Below are positions 62,993 to 64,000 of a stretch of DNA of 64,000 bases, one piece after another (position 1 is the first letter of the stretch; each line of letters opens with the position of its first letter). Source of the DNA: Vicugna vicugna (lineage: Eukaryota); the NCBI GenBank assembly GCA_013265495.1, contig MU058463.1, forward strand, positions 2,503,523 through 2,567,522, written 5' to 3'. The notes below the pieces were generated by a model. The model was given only the letters and a program-made list of their open reading frames with translations. It did no database searches and had not been told where the DNA came from. The position numbers and the translations under genes were made by a program.

Positions 62993-64000
62993 GCTTCAGT
63001 AGGTACCTAAGAGTATATTGTTTTCAAATATATAGAAATAGATCACAAAGTATAGAATAATTGTTAGGTTATGAAAATCTTAACTTAAACATTTTTAAAA
63101 GCTTTCTTACGACTTAAACATCTGTTTAATATAATCAACTAAAATATCAGACTTCAGTGTAACCCACAGCATGTTAATGCAAAACGATCAGACTTTCTCC
63201 TCCACTCAGACAGGTCAAATATTAATTTGGTAAAAATATCTGTCACATAAGAATCTTTTATTCTTTTGACATGTAATGTGTGTGTCTAAGTTGCATCACC
63301 GTGTGAGAATAAAGTATGGGCATTATTTAAATGAGGTCACATTTTCATTAATACTGAAACTGTAATGATTTGGGGTCCCCACTTCCCAATACAGATACTC
63401 AAAACATTTCCACATTTCCCCGTGTCTCACAGTTTCCTCTGAAAACAGTTCCTCCTTCAGCCTTGGGCCCGCAGCTGCAGATTTCTTGACAGCCAAGAAT
63501 CCTCTCACATCCTCTCCCTCTCCCTTCCTCTCCCTGCCTCCCCCTGCCATCTTACCTTTGTCCCTCCCAGACTCCCAGAACGAGCACAGAGAAATTCGGT
63601 CCATGCTATGGAAAAAGAGCATTTCTCTGAAGGAAACATAACTTGCAGAGATCCGACTGTCTACACGAGAGGCAACTTTTTATTACCACCCAAACCGGTT
63701 TTGCTCTTTGTAGCCACTGGTCTCAAATATCTCTATTTCAGAAGGATGTCTTTGCTTTGCATTTGAAAACGGAAAGGACTATTTGGATGATTTCCCCAGA
63801 ACTCAAGGAATAATCTGTCCCAAAAATAGTATGCAAAGAATATTAAATATTGCTTTTAAATGACACTTTCCCAGCTACCGTAAGATTTTAAACATCTTTA
63901 GGGCTCGGTTTTCACAATGGCATCTCAATTCTGCATGGGGAAGAGCAAAACATTGTGGAACGTGGCCGTTCCCAAGAGTCTGTCTTCTGTTGTACTGTGA

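Overview
Mammalian non-coding genomic DNA with three assembly gaps (3865-3944, 4298-4558, 14606-14981). I see no supportable host protein-coding exon, RNA gene or CRISPR array. The young LINE-1 3' UTR resembles camelid L1 as I recall it, and no lineage-specific SINE is visible, so a camel or alpaca source is a plausible inference. About half the window is transposon-derived: three young L1 insertions with target-site duplications (TSDs), older L1s, L2, MIR, MaLR/ERV LTRs and hAT MERs. All recognisable protein ORFs are L1 ORF1/ORF2 remnants. The most notable object is a TSD-flanked L1 derivative at about 2980-5979. It keeps the 5' UTR, ORF1 and the 3' end but lacks nearly all of ORF2, with the junction on an AG dinucleotide (half-L1 or spliced-L1-like). 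Other observations: two twin-primed inverted L1s, composite tails suggesting short 3' transductions, a minus-strand L1 bias suggesting an intron of a plus-strand gene, repeat-free blocks that look regulatory, and a candidate recursive splice site. Subfamily names come from recalled consensus motifs, not alignment, and old-repeat boundaries are approximate.
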